Origin: Octopus bimaculoides
Lineage: Eukaryota
Assembly (NCBI RefSeq): GCF_001194135.2
Contig: NC_068982.1
Span: 111,844,231-111,908,230 of the forward strand
Length of the DNA: 64,000 bases
Direction of reading: 5' to 3'
How positions within the stretch are numbered: position 1 is the stretch's first letter; each line of letters starts with the position of its first letter. The notes beneath the pieces were generated by a model. It had not been told where the DNA came from. It saw only the letters and a program-made list of their open reading frames with translations, and did not search any database. Both the position numbers and the translations under genes were made by a program. Below are positions 13,497-25,597 of this stretch, piece by piece.

Positions 13497-13532
<36 letters not shown>

Positions 13533-13559
13533 GTGTGTGCGTGTGTGAGAGAGAGAGGC

Positions 13560-15200
13560 ATAAAAAAGGACAAAATGAAATGAGACAGAGAGAATTGAAC
13601 TCAGAATGTAAAGAGCAAAAACAGTTACCGCCACACATCTGTCCGACGCTGTAACGATTCTGACAATTGTTATATTACAGAGTTCAAATTTTGGCAATCA
13701 TCTCTTTTCCTTTTCATTTCTCCTCACACGATAATATATAAGCAGCAGACAAGTAATATACTGGTGTTTATTCCATTTACTTTAGTCTCCTGAAATACAA
13801 TTTGGCTATTATGGTTAGTGTTAAGAAGTTCAATATTTCTTTACACGTGTCAAAGTTTGATACAAAAAGTGATGGAGAAGGATATCGAAATAAGGTTTAC
13901 TTCTTTCTCTAGAATTTTATTGTCCTAAGAGATCTTTGAGGACTTAAAAGAACTCTTGAGGAGCTAAGAGAGCACTGAAATATTTACAGATTCCATAGTG
14001 ATTAAACTAAAAGGCCACAAAACTAATAATAGTAGAAATAATAATTTCATATATGGAAACAAGGCCAGAATTGCATCAGGCGGCAAAATTGACTTTATTG
14101 ACTCTAGTATTTGATCACGACAGGATGGAAAGGCAAAGTTGATCTTGATATTTGAACACAGAACATAGAGACTTAGAAAACATGCCGCAAAACAGTTTTA
14201 CCGATACCGTAGCAGTTTTATCAACATACATCCTTATGGTTTTTAATTTTGCCACAGGGCCAGTATATTTGAGAGAATGGAATTAGATGATACCGTCGAT
14301 CCTCATTACCTGACTGGTACTCTATTTTATCGATCTCAATAGAATGAAAGGCAAAGTTGGCTTCAGTGAGATTTGAACTTTGAACAGAAAGAGCCGGAAC
14401 AAATACTGTCAAACATTTTTTTCCGATGGTTTGACAATTCTATTATATAAGAATAACTTGAGAAGTAAAAAGGTTTTATCTGAAGAAGTTTTTTTTTATC
14501 TACCACATTACTTATTGTGCAAGTCTATTACATTTCAAATAATTATAACAATTTCTTACGCAGGCATACAACAATGCATATCTTAGGGAGAATTAATCGA
14601 TCCCACTACTTGAATGGAATCTCATTTTATCGATTCCGGAAAGATGAAGGCAAAGTCGTTGACTTCGACAGGATTTGATCTTAGAAAGTAAACATACACA
14701 ACCAAATACTACAAGGTGTTTTGTGTGCGGTGTTGCTGATTCTGAGATTCATAGCTATTCTTCATAATCCATAGATACAAATATTAAAAAATTTAGGACA
14801 AAAATTGTCGTCCATTGAATCGAATTCAGTGCTTAGTTGGTATTTTATTTTATAGACCTCAGAAGGATGAAAGGCAAAGTTGACAGTGCGAGAATTTGAA
14901 CCCAGGATGGGGGAAGAGACATAAAGGTAATGATGATGTTGATGACGACGGCGGCAGCATTGAGGATAAGAAGAACAACACCGAAAATAACCATTTTTAT
15001 TGAAGGCACAAGGCCTGAAATCTGGTAGGAGGGGACTAGTCAATTACATCGACCCCGGTGCGTAGCTGGTACTTAATTTATCGACCTCCGCAAGGATGAA
15101 AAGCAAAGTCTACCTCAGCGGAATTTGAACTCAGAACGTAGTGAAGGGCGAAATTCCGCATTTCGTCCAGCGTGCTAACGATTCTGCCAGCCCGTCGCCT
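13560..15200 (-). mobile_element. Cluster of about six co-oriented SINE family A copies of varying decay
   Basis: Repeated gaaaggcaaagt..atttgaac motifs near 13590, 14120, 14340, 14640, 14870 and 15100; best-preserved copy about 15000-15200. Confidence 0.8.
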
Positions 15201-15314
15201 TAACACCAAAAATAATAACAAAGCTCTTTCGCACTTTCAGCAATAACAAATATAATAACAATAACGATGATGACAATGATGATGATGATAATGATGATGG
15301 TGATGATGATGATA

Positions 15315-15366
<52 letters not shown>

Positions 15367-15801
15367 TATAATAATAATAGTTTGGGCAATTTTCTTGTTG
15401 GATAAAATCTTGCAAAGATTTACAAGTAGATAGGTATACGTTTCTATTATTCATTTATGAAAGTAAGAAAATGTGCAACGAAGAAAAGAAACAGAAAAAG
15501 AAGAAAGGAAAGTAAAATAGCTAAAGGTGTGTATACGTGTAGGTCTGTGGGATGATGGGTGTAGNNNNNNNNNNNNNNNNNNNNNNNNNNNNNNNNNNNN
15601 NNNNNNNNNNNNNNNNNNNNNNNNNNNNNNNNNNNNNNNNNNNNNNNNNNNNNNNNNNNNNNNNNNNNNNNNNNNNNNNNNNNNNNNNNNNNNNNNNNNN
15701 NNNNNNNNNNNNNNNNNNNNNNNNNNNNNNNNNNNNNNNNNNNNNNNNNNNNNNNNNNNNNNNNNNNNNNNNNNNNNNNNNNNNNNNNNNNNNNNNNNNN
15801 N

Positions 15802-15869
<68 letters not shown>

Positions 15870-16399
15870 ACACACACACGCATACATATATACATGCATA
15901 CATGCGTACATGCATTCATTCATTTATTCATTCATTCATAGATGCATACATACATACATGTAACCCTATCGCACCAACACACACTTATATACATTCATAG
16001 CCACATAAGTGTATTCATATAGAGTTTTATATATATACAATACAACGTCAGTGTGTATAATACTACATAGCTAAACTAGATACCCACTCACAAACGCATT
16101 CACATACATACTTTAAACAGACAATCGACTCCAAACAGTAAACTTTGCAAACTACATTAACAGAACTACCACCACTACCACCACTACTACTACTACTACT
16201 ACTACTGCGTCACCGAAGACTGACTCCTTGGATTCTTTGCTGTCACATTGCCGCTAATAAAGGAAGGGAAAACCAAATCTAGAAGGCTGAGAAAACATTT
16301 TCGTGTTTTTTTTTTTTTACAACTTACAGAATATGAAGATAATTACAGGTGAGTGGCTTTGATTTATAAGCTCTACCAGCTTCTTCTATATTTAATCAC

Positions 16400-16455
<56 letters not shown>

Positions 16456-17704
16456 AATATACACGTGCGTGTGTGCGTGTGTGTATGAGTATATATGTTT
16501 TATGATTTCGCTTAGACAGAGCTTTACGCACAAACCCGTCGTTCGAACTCAGTATACATAGAGAGCAATGTAAAGCGTAATAGCAGTGAATAAATGACAA
16601 AGGAACAGGACTTACGTAATCACTTGAAAGTAGCTTAGTTAATGAAAGTGTTTACAACAGTCCTGTTCTTGTATCATTCATTAAGTGATATATATATACA
16701 TATACATACATATATCAGTTAATGAATGATAAAAGATCAGGACCGTTGCAAATACTTCATATATACATACATACATACATACATACATACACATATATAT
16801 ATACATATATATATTTCCACTCGTGCAGTACCTTACGACTTTACTTTGTTTTATACATATATATNNNNNNNNNNNNNNNNNNNNNNNNNNNNNNNNNNNN
16901 NNNNNNNNNNNNNNNNNNNNNNNNNNNNNNNNNNNNNNNNNNNNNNNNNNNNNNNNNNNNNNNNNNNNNNNNNNNNNNNNNNNNNNNNNNNNNNNNNNNN
17001 NNNNNNNNNNNNNNNNNNNNNNNNNNNNNNNNNNNNNNNNNNNNNNNNNNTATATATATATAGGTAATAATTTATTAGCTACGACAAGGACAGGAGTTAC
17101 TCGAGAGTCTAAAGCTTTCTGTAGTGCTCTTAAAGAGAATGAAATGACAGTTGGAAAGCTTATGAATCCTAATTTCGAGTTTCAAACTCCCGATTAGTCA
17201 ATCATTTGAATGATCAACAACTTGCACTTTCACTTTCACAAAATAAAATACACACTCTACCTGATAATTTAAGTACGTCCAGCAATCTACACACGCATAC
17301 ACACACACGCGTGCACAAACACACACACACACACACACATATATATGCAAACCGTGGAGTTGAAACGAGTTGAAAGTAATGCCAAAAGAAGGTAAGAAAA
17401 AAACTCCAACACAGTACTGTTACTTGTTTATTTTTTTCTGTTGCTACGTAACATATGTTTTGCCGCTTTGCCGCTTTGCCGTTCCTATTTTTTTTTTTTT
17501 TCATCTAAAGAAAAAAAATGTTATAAGCATTAGAATAACTGAGATTACTTGTTATAGGTACTTTTTATGTCTCTCCTCACTAATTCCGAATTAACGAAAT
17601 GTTAAAAGAAGTTTAAACCAGCCAAGTAAGGTTTTGGAGAGAAATCGAGCGAAAATACGTTACATGTGGGTGTGTGTTTATACATACACACATATAAACA
17701 TGTA

Positions 17705-17777
17705 TATATATGCATATCTGTATATATATGCATATCTGTATATATATGCATATCTGTATATATATGCATATCTGTAT
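17705..17777. repeat. 18-bp minisatellite (TATATATGCATATCTGTA)n running into an N-gap
   Basis: About four visible copies. Confidence 0.9.
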
Positions 17778-18191
17778 NNNNNNNNNNNNNNNNNNNNNNN
17801 NNNNNNNNNNNNNNNNNNNNNNNNNNNNNNNNNNNNNNNNNNNNNNNNNNNNNNNNNNNNNNNNNNNNNNNNNNNNNNNNNNNNNNNNNNNNNNNNNNNN
17901 NNNNNNNNNNNNNNNNNNNNNNNNNNNNNNNNNNNNNNNNNNNNNNNNNNNNNNNNNNNNNNNNNNNNNNNNNNNNNNNNNNNNNNNNNNNNNNNNNNNN
18001 NNNNNNNNNNNNNNNNNNNNNNNNNNNNNNNNNNNNNNNNNNNNNNNNNNNNNNNNNNNNNNNNNNNNNNNNNNNNNNNNNNNNNNNNNNNNNNNNNNNN
18101 NATATATATATATATATATATATAATACAAAGAATATATATACATGTATACACACATATATGTACATACTTACATCTACATGTGTATATAC

Positions 18192-18305
18192 ATGCATATC
18201 AGCGTACAGGACGTTAGAACAATAAACTACAGACAACGGAACGAACACATAGGAAAACGGAAAGCCACTTGGAATATCCCTTCATCAGCTGTCTCTATTC
18301 TATCT
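18192..18305 (-). mobile_element. Second copy of the 4336-4492 repeat family
   Basis: gcatatcagcgtacaggacg..aagccacttggaatatcccttcatcagctg matches copy 1; the GAAACG part is missing. Confidence 0.55.
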
Positions 18306-19006
18306 AGACACATCTATATATGTATATAAACACACACACACAAACACACACCACACACACAATCACACACACACATACACATTCGCACGCACGCACGCAC
18401 ACACATCCGACAATTCAATTTTTAAATGCTATATTATTTTTCTGAGATTTCCATGCTCAGTTTTGTTTATAATAACCATATTTGTCTTTGAATCTTTGAC
18501 TTTCTGCAAAATACTCATGGACCTCTTTTGTGGATTTATACCTCAAACTAGGCACGAAGCTTTGAGTTACTTAGAACATTTCATTATCTATTTTGGTTTG
18601 CATGATTCTTGAGGTGAACAAAGTACACTGAAACAGATTTTGTTGTATGTCGGGAGAGTCATTATGCCTACCATCCTAGGATACAGCGAAGTTTTTGTTA
18701 CTTCTATCACACATGTATGAGTTCTTATAGATACGTATGTATGTATGTATTTATGTGTAAATGTGTATGCGTGTGTGTGTTTGCGCGTGTGTGTGTGTAT
18801 GTGTGTGAATTATCGATCTATATGCGATCTTATTTACTTTCATTGAACCCTCTTCTTAATCGTTTTGCACAAACAAAGTCTTTGGTTCTAACTGTAAAAT
18901 ATTTATCCTTAGAAGCACTAAGTCAACTAATTTCTGTTTGTATATTTTTATTTATGTATTCAATATTCATTTCGGCCATTCGGCCGTATTCGAAAATTTA
19001 TATACA

Positions 19007-19534
19007 TGGGCGTAGGCATGGCTGTGTGGTAAGAAGCTTGCTTCACAACCACATGGTTCCGGGTTCAGTCCCACTGCGTGACACCTTGAGCAAGTGCCTT
19101 GTACCATAGCTTTGGGCCGACCAAAGCTTTGGGAGTGGATTTGGTAGACGGAAACTGAAAGAAGCCCGTCGTATATATATATNNNNNNNNNNNNNNNNNN
19201 NNNNNNNNNNNNNNNNNNNNNNNNNNNNNNNNNNNNNNNNNNNNNNNNNNNNNNNNNNNNNNNNNNNNNNNNNNNNNNNNNNNNNNNNNNNNNNNNNNNN
19301 NNNNNNNNNNNNNNNNNNNNNNNNNNNNNNNNNNNNNNNNNNNNNNNNNNNNNNNNNNNNNNNNNNNNNNNNNNNNNNNNNNNNNNNNNNNNNNNNNNNN
19401 NNNNNNNNNNNNNNNNNNNNNNNNNNNNNNNNNNNNNNNNNNNNNNNNNNNNNNNNNNNNNNNNNNNNNNNNNNNNNNNNNNNNNNNNNNNNNNNNNNNN
19501 NNNNNNNNNNNNNNNNNNNNNNNNTATATACATA

Positions 19535-19578
<44 letters not shown>

Positions 19579-19800
19579 CATAATGTGTGTGTGTCTACGT
19601 GTGTTTGTCCCACTACCATCGCTTGAATAACCGATGTTGGCGTGTTTACGTCCTCTTTACTTAGCGGTTAGGATATAAGAGACCGATAGAATAAGTACTA
19701 GGCTTACAAAGAATAAGCCCGGGGTCGATTTGTTCGACTGAAAGCGGTGCTTCAGCATGGCCGTAGTCAAGTGACTTTAACAAGTAAAGGAATAAAAAAA
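19007..19800 (+). mobile_element. SINE family B, near full length, internal microsatellite spanned by an N-gap
   Basis: Head TGGCTGTGTGGTAAGAAGC..GGGTTCAGTCCC; body ccttgagcaagtgcc..gacggaaactgaaagaagcccgtcg; 3' part gtcgatttgttcgac..gcatggccgtagtc; A-rich end. Confidence 0.9.
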
Positions 19801-20622
19801 AGAATTCTGTTTTCAATGTTGTTCTTTTCGGTTTTCTCCGCCTATCACAGCCTTCTCTTGTATGGTGTATATAAACAGCAACTTCCATACTCTTCGCATT
19901 CCACAGGTGAATGCTTTAGATGATCATGGACTTCTATGTGCACCTTACTACCAGAAATGCTATGTGTCCGGAGATTCTGTATATTGCATATGTATTTATG
20001 GCAATTAGTGTGTTGATTATATTATTTGCAAGAGTCTTTTTATATTCTCTGTATTGATATTTTTGTCCCGAATCCCGTTGTGCATGTGCATGTTTATTCA
20101 TACATACATACATACATACATACATACATACATACATACATACTAACATACATACATACATACATACATAACTATAAATTCATTCATACATATATAGATA
20201 CACACAGACACATGCATGCACACGCGTTTATATATACGCACATTCACTGACTGAACCGTTAAGGTTAGGACTTATGCATATGTTCCATCCGTGACGTCAA
20301 CGTTGTGCATTTTGAGTATCTTCCTGTTATGGCAGCTATTCGCCTATTTTGTTTCTCATAACAGCGGTTCATTAATCAGGTGTACACCTTTTCGTGTAAG
20401 GGAGAGAAGCAACTATAGAATTAATAGATAATTCTTTTTTTTTTTCTTTTTTTTCTAGTAACTAAAATATATTTCATGCTTTATTTCTTCTACAGCTATA
20501 TTCATAAAAAAGTCTGCTTCTGGTCCTTCTGCAACCAGTATATAGTAACATATTATCACTTCGTTATGTTATCTTTATGTTGCAGTCTTCAGCCCATAGA
20601 TGGGCTGAGAAAATCTTTTGAA

Positions 20623-20717
<95 letters not shown>

Positions 20718-20922
20718 TAACTTTTCTTTTCTCTCTTACCGTGTATCTGATTTAGAACGGAAACTATAATTTGAATAAATTTTACTGTATACTGATGGGG
20801 TACACCGATGTAGAAACAGACTGTTTTGGGGAAGAACTACATGATAAAGCAAAGAATATTCTTTCATTTTCACTTGCTTCTCTCCCTTACACGAATAAAA
20901 ATGTGTACCTCATCAATTATAC

Positions 20923-20969
<47 letters not shown>

Positions 20970-21023
20970 TACACACGCACACACACACACACAGATACAC
21001 ACGCACACACACGCACACATCCT

Positions 21024-21250
21024 CATCATCATTTTAACGTTCACTTTTCCAAGCTTGCATGGGTCGGACAAAACTTATTGTGGTCGTCTTTCTACAGTTG
21101 GATGCCCTTCCTGTAGCCAATCCTCACCTGTTGCCAAGCAAGGAAACATTTTTTCATAGTCAGAGAATTTCTGTAGAAAATTCGAAATGAATGACACGAC
21201 TTATTTGTCAGTGACATGTTACAAGTATTATACGATGTCAAGACAAGGAG
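21024..21250 (-). mobile_element. 3' fragment of an RTE-tailed retroposon (SINE or LINE)
   Basis: The minus strand ends ..ccatgcaagcttggaaaagtgaacgttaaaatgatgatg. A (GAT)n tail after cgttaaa and the ggatgcccttcctg motif resemble RTE-associated 3' ends. Confidence 0.55.
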
Positions 21251-21327
21251 ACACAAATTCACACATATTCACACGCACACACACGCGTGAACACACACAC
21301 ACACACGCACACACATGCGTGCGTTGA

Positions 21328-21801
21328 CGATTGCCACTGGGATAATTTCCACTTGAAACATTGCCCATGTAGGAGAATTGTCACTGGGAACACTGCCACT
21401 CGGAACATTGCCCATATGTGAATATTGCCACTGGGAATACTGCCTATGTGGAAGCAGCATGGAATAAACGTTTACTATATGTGGGTCCCTATATCATATT
21501 TGCGTATATTTTATATACACAAAAATACACCCCGCAACCCAACCAATAGCAACTTACTAGTAAACTTAAGCTATGACATGCCTGCTAATTTCGAAATAGT
21601 CTTGTTTTGCTTTAAAACTTTTCAGGTTAAGACCCATAATGACACATGTGATAAAAAGTGAACGTGGAAGTGATATGCTTGTTGATGAATTGCGATACGT
21701 ATATCATAAGCATAACGAAAATAAGAGTGGCACAATTGTTTATTGGGAATGTTCTCAAAGAAGGCAAAGGAAATGCAAAGCAAGATTACACACGAAGGCA
21801 C

Positions 21802-21886
<85 letters not shown>

Positions 21887-22371
21887 TAAAATGTTAAAGT
21901 CTGTTAATGGGCACTGTCACTCTGCGACTAAGGATGTAGCTAAAGCCAGAGTCGCATACAGGTGTCTCAAGCGGCTGCTACTTTAGATGAAGATACTCTT
22001 TCTCAATTACCTTCTCTTAGCAGCATAAGCAGAAATGTTCGGAATTGGAGGCAGAAAATGCTAATTTTCCGGCTCCTCCGCTGTCATGTACAGGATACGT
22101 CATACCACCACAATTTACCCTTCTCGACTCTGGAGAATGATGTAAATCGTATACTTATATTTAAAACTGCAACAGGTATGGAAGATCTAAAGAGGTTCAA
22201 GAACTGGGCTATTGATGGTAAATTTGAAGTGGCTCCAGAAATATTTTATCAACTTTTAACCATTTATGTACAAAAAGATATTTTGAGCATTCCTCGAGCA
22301 TTTGCTGTCTTACCTAACAAAACTGAATCAATATATAGAGCATTCTATGGTTTGCAAGATACCTTATGTGA
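21328..22371 (+). mobile_element. Decayed Mutator-like (MULE) DNA transposon with N-terminal FLYWCH zinc finger
   Basis: Subterminal tandem ATTGCCACTGGG / ATTGCCCATGT repeats at 21328-21450; transposase remnants at 21639-22371; right end replaced by another element. Confidence 0.85.
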
Positions 22372-22384
22372 GTTCGTGCGTTGA
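21639..22384 (+). pseudogene. Frameshifted FLYWCH-MULE transposase
   Basis: SERGSDMLVDELRYVY..VYWECSQRRQRKCKARLHT..GHCH fits the FLYWCH W-C-C-H-H pattern. RILIF..WAIDGKFEVAPEIFYQLLTIYV..PRAFAVLPNKTESIY fits the first catalytic DGTF motif region of MULE transposases. Frameshifts and 3' truncation. Confidence 0.88.
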
Positions 22385-22600
22385 AGCATATTTTGTTGTG
22401 TCTGGGGAGAGACGTTCTCTTTTATTGCCTTATTATTTAACACACTCACCCATAAAGTTTCCACTCATTTACTTATTTATTTTTTTCTAAAATTTTCGTT
22501 GCGTCTTGCAACCTTTTCAATAGTCGTTGACTATGTATAAATAAATAAGTAAATGAGTGTAAACTTTACCGGTGAATGTGTTAAATAATAAAGCACAAAA
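22372..22600. mobile_element. Fold-back non-autonomous element, ~56-59-bp imperfect inverted arms
   Basis: 22426-22481 is the reverse complement of 22537-22595 with a few mismatches. Confidence 0.85.
22487..22523 (-). ncRNA. Candidate minimal type I hammerhead ribozyme, U3:A8 core variant
   Basis: Minus strand CTA-TTGAAAA-G-GTTGC-aagac-GCAAC-GAA-AATT-T^TAG: 3-bp stem I, perfect 5-bp stem II, palindromic stem III. Folded by eye. Confidence 0.55.
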
Positions 22601-22755
22601 CAACAACAATATATATATATATATATTTATAATCCCCACTCCTCTAAAAAAAATTGCACCGGTCATATTTCACTGAAGTTTTATTGCATATTTTGAAAAT
22701 GGTTAATTAGCTAGTAAACTAATTAATTGCTTAATTATTGTTTCAAAATCCTTTC

Positions 22756-22981
22756 TATTTCTTTATTGCCCACAAGGGGCTAAACATAGAGGGGACAAAC
22801 AAGAACAGACAAAGATATTAAGTCGATTACATCGACCCCAGTGCGTAACTGGTACTTAATTTATCGACCCCGGAAAGATGAAAGGCAAAGTCGACCTCGG
22901 CGGAATTTGAACTCAGAACGTAACGGCAGACGAAATACCGCTAAGCATTTCGCCCGGCGTGCTAACGCTTCTGCCATCTCG
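22756..22981 (-). mobile_element. Young SINE family A copy with 18-bp TSD
   Basis: TSD TTGTTTCAAAATCCTTTC at 22738-22755 and 22982-22999; well-preserved body. Confidence 0.95.
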
Positions 22982-23019
22982 TTGTTTCAAAATCCTTTCG
23001 TCACAGCTGGAAAATGGAT

Positions 23020-23692
23020 TTAGACTGCGTGCCATGTCTAAATCCATGCCCATATCAGATGAACTTTCATTGTTTCACTATGTTAGAGTTGTATTTGTGT
23101 ATCACGATGTTAGTTAAGTTACTGCCTGACAATACTGCTTATCTCCTGCTCTCTCTTTGTACTTGATCTGTAGCGTCTTATTAAGCATTGTGTTAAAATG
23201 TCTGCATTCTATGTTCCGTAACGGCTTAAGTTTCAATCTTTTGAACTTAAAGAAAAAGAACAAAGTCACCAGGAACTTATACATTTTGACCTTTATTGAA
23301 AACTAACGAAATTGCTTTCCATATGGCGTTCAACTTCGTCGCTCCACAGATAAATCCAAGCTTTAGTTTACTTCATCGCTTTCATTGAGCTGTCTTTCTT
23401 ATTCAAAGTGGAGGTAACTAAGTATGATACTAGTTGCTACATTGTCATTGTGGCGGTTGATGAAAATCTTACACATTTTTGAACTGACTTCCGCTCCGCG
23501 CGTTTCTGGTGCTATTTCATGTCTGGTAGTGAGTTCAATGGTCAATATTGTCTGTGAAACGCAGGTTACAAAGTCGTCCTCCAATGCTGATGGAGGTGCA
23601 AAAGCCATGTAATGTCTTCTGTATGAACGTTTTCCTGTAAGATTTTGAAACGAATTGGGGGAGAGGAGATAACCTCGACAAACTCTAGGTAT
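23020..23692 (-). mobile_element. Degraded RTE-clade LINE ORF2 fragment (reverse transcriptase)
   Basis: Frameshifted translation VCRGYLLSPNSF (GVRQGCLLSP motif), SISIGGRLCNLRFTDNID (NLRFADD motif), KLNAIWK, and a later YGHGFRH (WFGHVxRH). Confidence 0.82.
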
Positions 23693-23942
23693 TTTCTAGG
23701 TATATATATATATGAACGGTACTGGTATCCAGAAGACCCAAGGTGGCAGGTAAGGCTGTGTAAGTGCTATGGAAGGACCGTAGTTAAACTCTCGGTTCAA
23801 TAACAATACGAGTGGGGAGTCTAATGCGGGTCTTGTATGAGCAATGTATATGTTAAATAAAATGTGACAACAAATAAATGTCCTCAAAATTCCACACAGC
23901 CTTGGCTTTGTTGTCCCATTGTTTTTAACACGCACGCATGCA

Positions 23943-23989
<47 letters not shown>

Positions 23990-24245
23990 GAGCGCTCGCA
24001 CGCACACACACCGTCAGTAGTTTATATATCCGAAAAAGAAGCGCAGTCTAAAACATTAAAGCGGTAATATATTTTTTAAACTGAATTTTTTTCGGAAGCG
24101 AAATGGCCATTGGTTTTGCACCTTTACAGCTAAGCACTGTATAGGTGCGAAACCAATGTTTCACTCTGTGACCAGCTACAAAATTTAACTTATATACACA
24201 CTCAAGACACGGTCTCATGCAAACATACATCCGTATGTATATATC

Positions 24246-24298
<53 letters not shown>

Positions 24299-24650
24299 GA
24301 TGCTTCATAAATCCAACTTTCTCTCAGGGCGCTTACACTCGTGTATGCACACTGTCATTACACATTCAGCGGAGCATACTGGCTTCATTCCTTGTAAGCT
24401 TATGCATGTGCCCAGCAGTCACAGCCCATGTTTCACTGCCATGTAGCATGGCTGTTCATACACATGTGTCATACAGTCTACCTTTTACTCTGAGCGAGAG
24501 GCTGCTTGTCAAAAGAGTTCTCTGAACTTTGCCTAGGCTAGTCTTATTCTAGCAGCTACATTTTCAGAGCATTCACCCCCGCTACTGACTTAGTTCCCTC
24601 GGTAACGTAGGTTATCAACTACTTGATACTGGAATGTGACAGAAGCTGTT
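24299..24650 (-). mobile_element. RTE-clade LINE ORF2 fragment, second family
   Basis: Translation VVDNLRY..SSGGECSENVAARIRLA*AKFREL..SLRVKGRLYDTCV*TAMLHGSETWAVT..EASMLR*MC matches the RTE post-RT MLYGSETW region; in-frame stops. Confidence 0.88.
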
Positions 24651-24698
24651 CTCTGCACATTTTCAGTGTTTATATACATACATACGTACATACATACA

Positions 24699-24734
<36 letters not shown>

Positions 24735-25558
24735 TGTCTNNNNNNNNNNNNNNNNNNNNNNNNNNNNNNNNNNNNNNNNNNNNNNNNNNNNNNNNNNNNN
24801 NNNNNNNNNNNNNNNNNNNNNNNNNNNNNNNNNNNNNNNNNNNNNNNNNNNNNNNNNNNNNNNNNNNNNNNNNNNNNNNNNNNNNNNNNNNNNNNNNNNN
24901 NNNNNNNNNNNNNNNNNNNNNNNNNNNNNNNNNNNNNNNNNNNNNNNNNNNNNNNNNNNNNNNNNNNNNNNNNNNNNNNNNNNNNNNNNNNNNNNNNNNN
25001 NNNNNNNNNNNNNNNNNNNNNNNNNNNNNNNNNNNNNNNNNNNNNNNNNNNNNNNNNNNNNNNNNNNNNNNNNNNNNNNNNNNNNNNNNNNNNNNNNNNN
25101 NNNNNNNNNNNNNNNNNNNNNNNNNNNNNNNNNNNNNNNNNNNNNNNNNNNNNNNNNNNNNNNNNNNNNNNNNNNNNNNNNNNNNNNNNNNNNNNNNNNN
25201 NNNNNNNNNNNNNNNNNNNNNNNNNNNNNNNNNNNNNNNNNNNNNNNNNNNNNNNNNNNNNNNNNNNNNNNNNNNNNNNNNNNNNNNNNNNNNNNNNNNN
25301 NNNNNNNNNNNNNNNNNNNNNNNNNNNNNNNNNNNNNNNNNNNNNNNNNNNNNNNNNNNNNNNNNNNNNNNNNNNNNNNNNNNNNNNNNNNNNNNNNNNN
25401 NNNNNNNNNNNNNNNNNNNNNNNNNNNNNNNNNNNNNNNNNNNNNNNNNNNNNNNNNNNNNNNNNNNNNNNNNNNNNNNNNNNNNNNNNNNNNNNNNNNN
25501 NNNNNNNNNNNNNNNNNNNNNNNNNNNNNNNNNNNNNNNNNNNNNNNNNNNNNNNNNN

Positions 25559-25597
<39 letters not shown>

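Noticed and set aside
23015-23046. 11-bp hairpin TGGATTTAGAC/GTCTAAATCCA
   Set aside because: It sits at the truncated end of an RTE fragment, consistent with a local inverted duplication; no functional signature.
23399-23635. 69-aa minus-strand ORF with an apparent acceptor as a host exon
   Set aside because: Overlapping frames give RTE reverse-transcriptase motifs, so it is LINE-derived.
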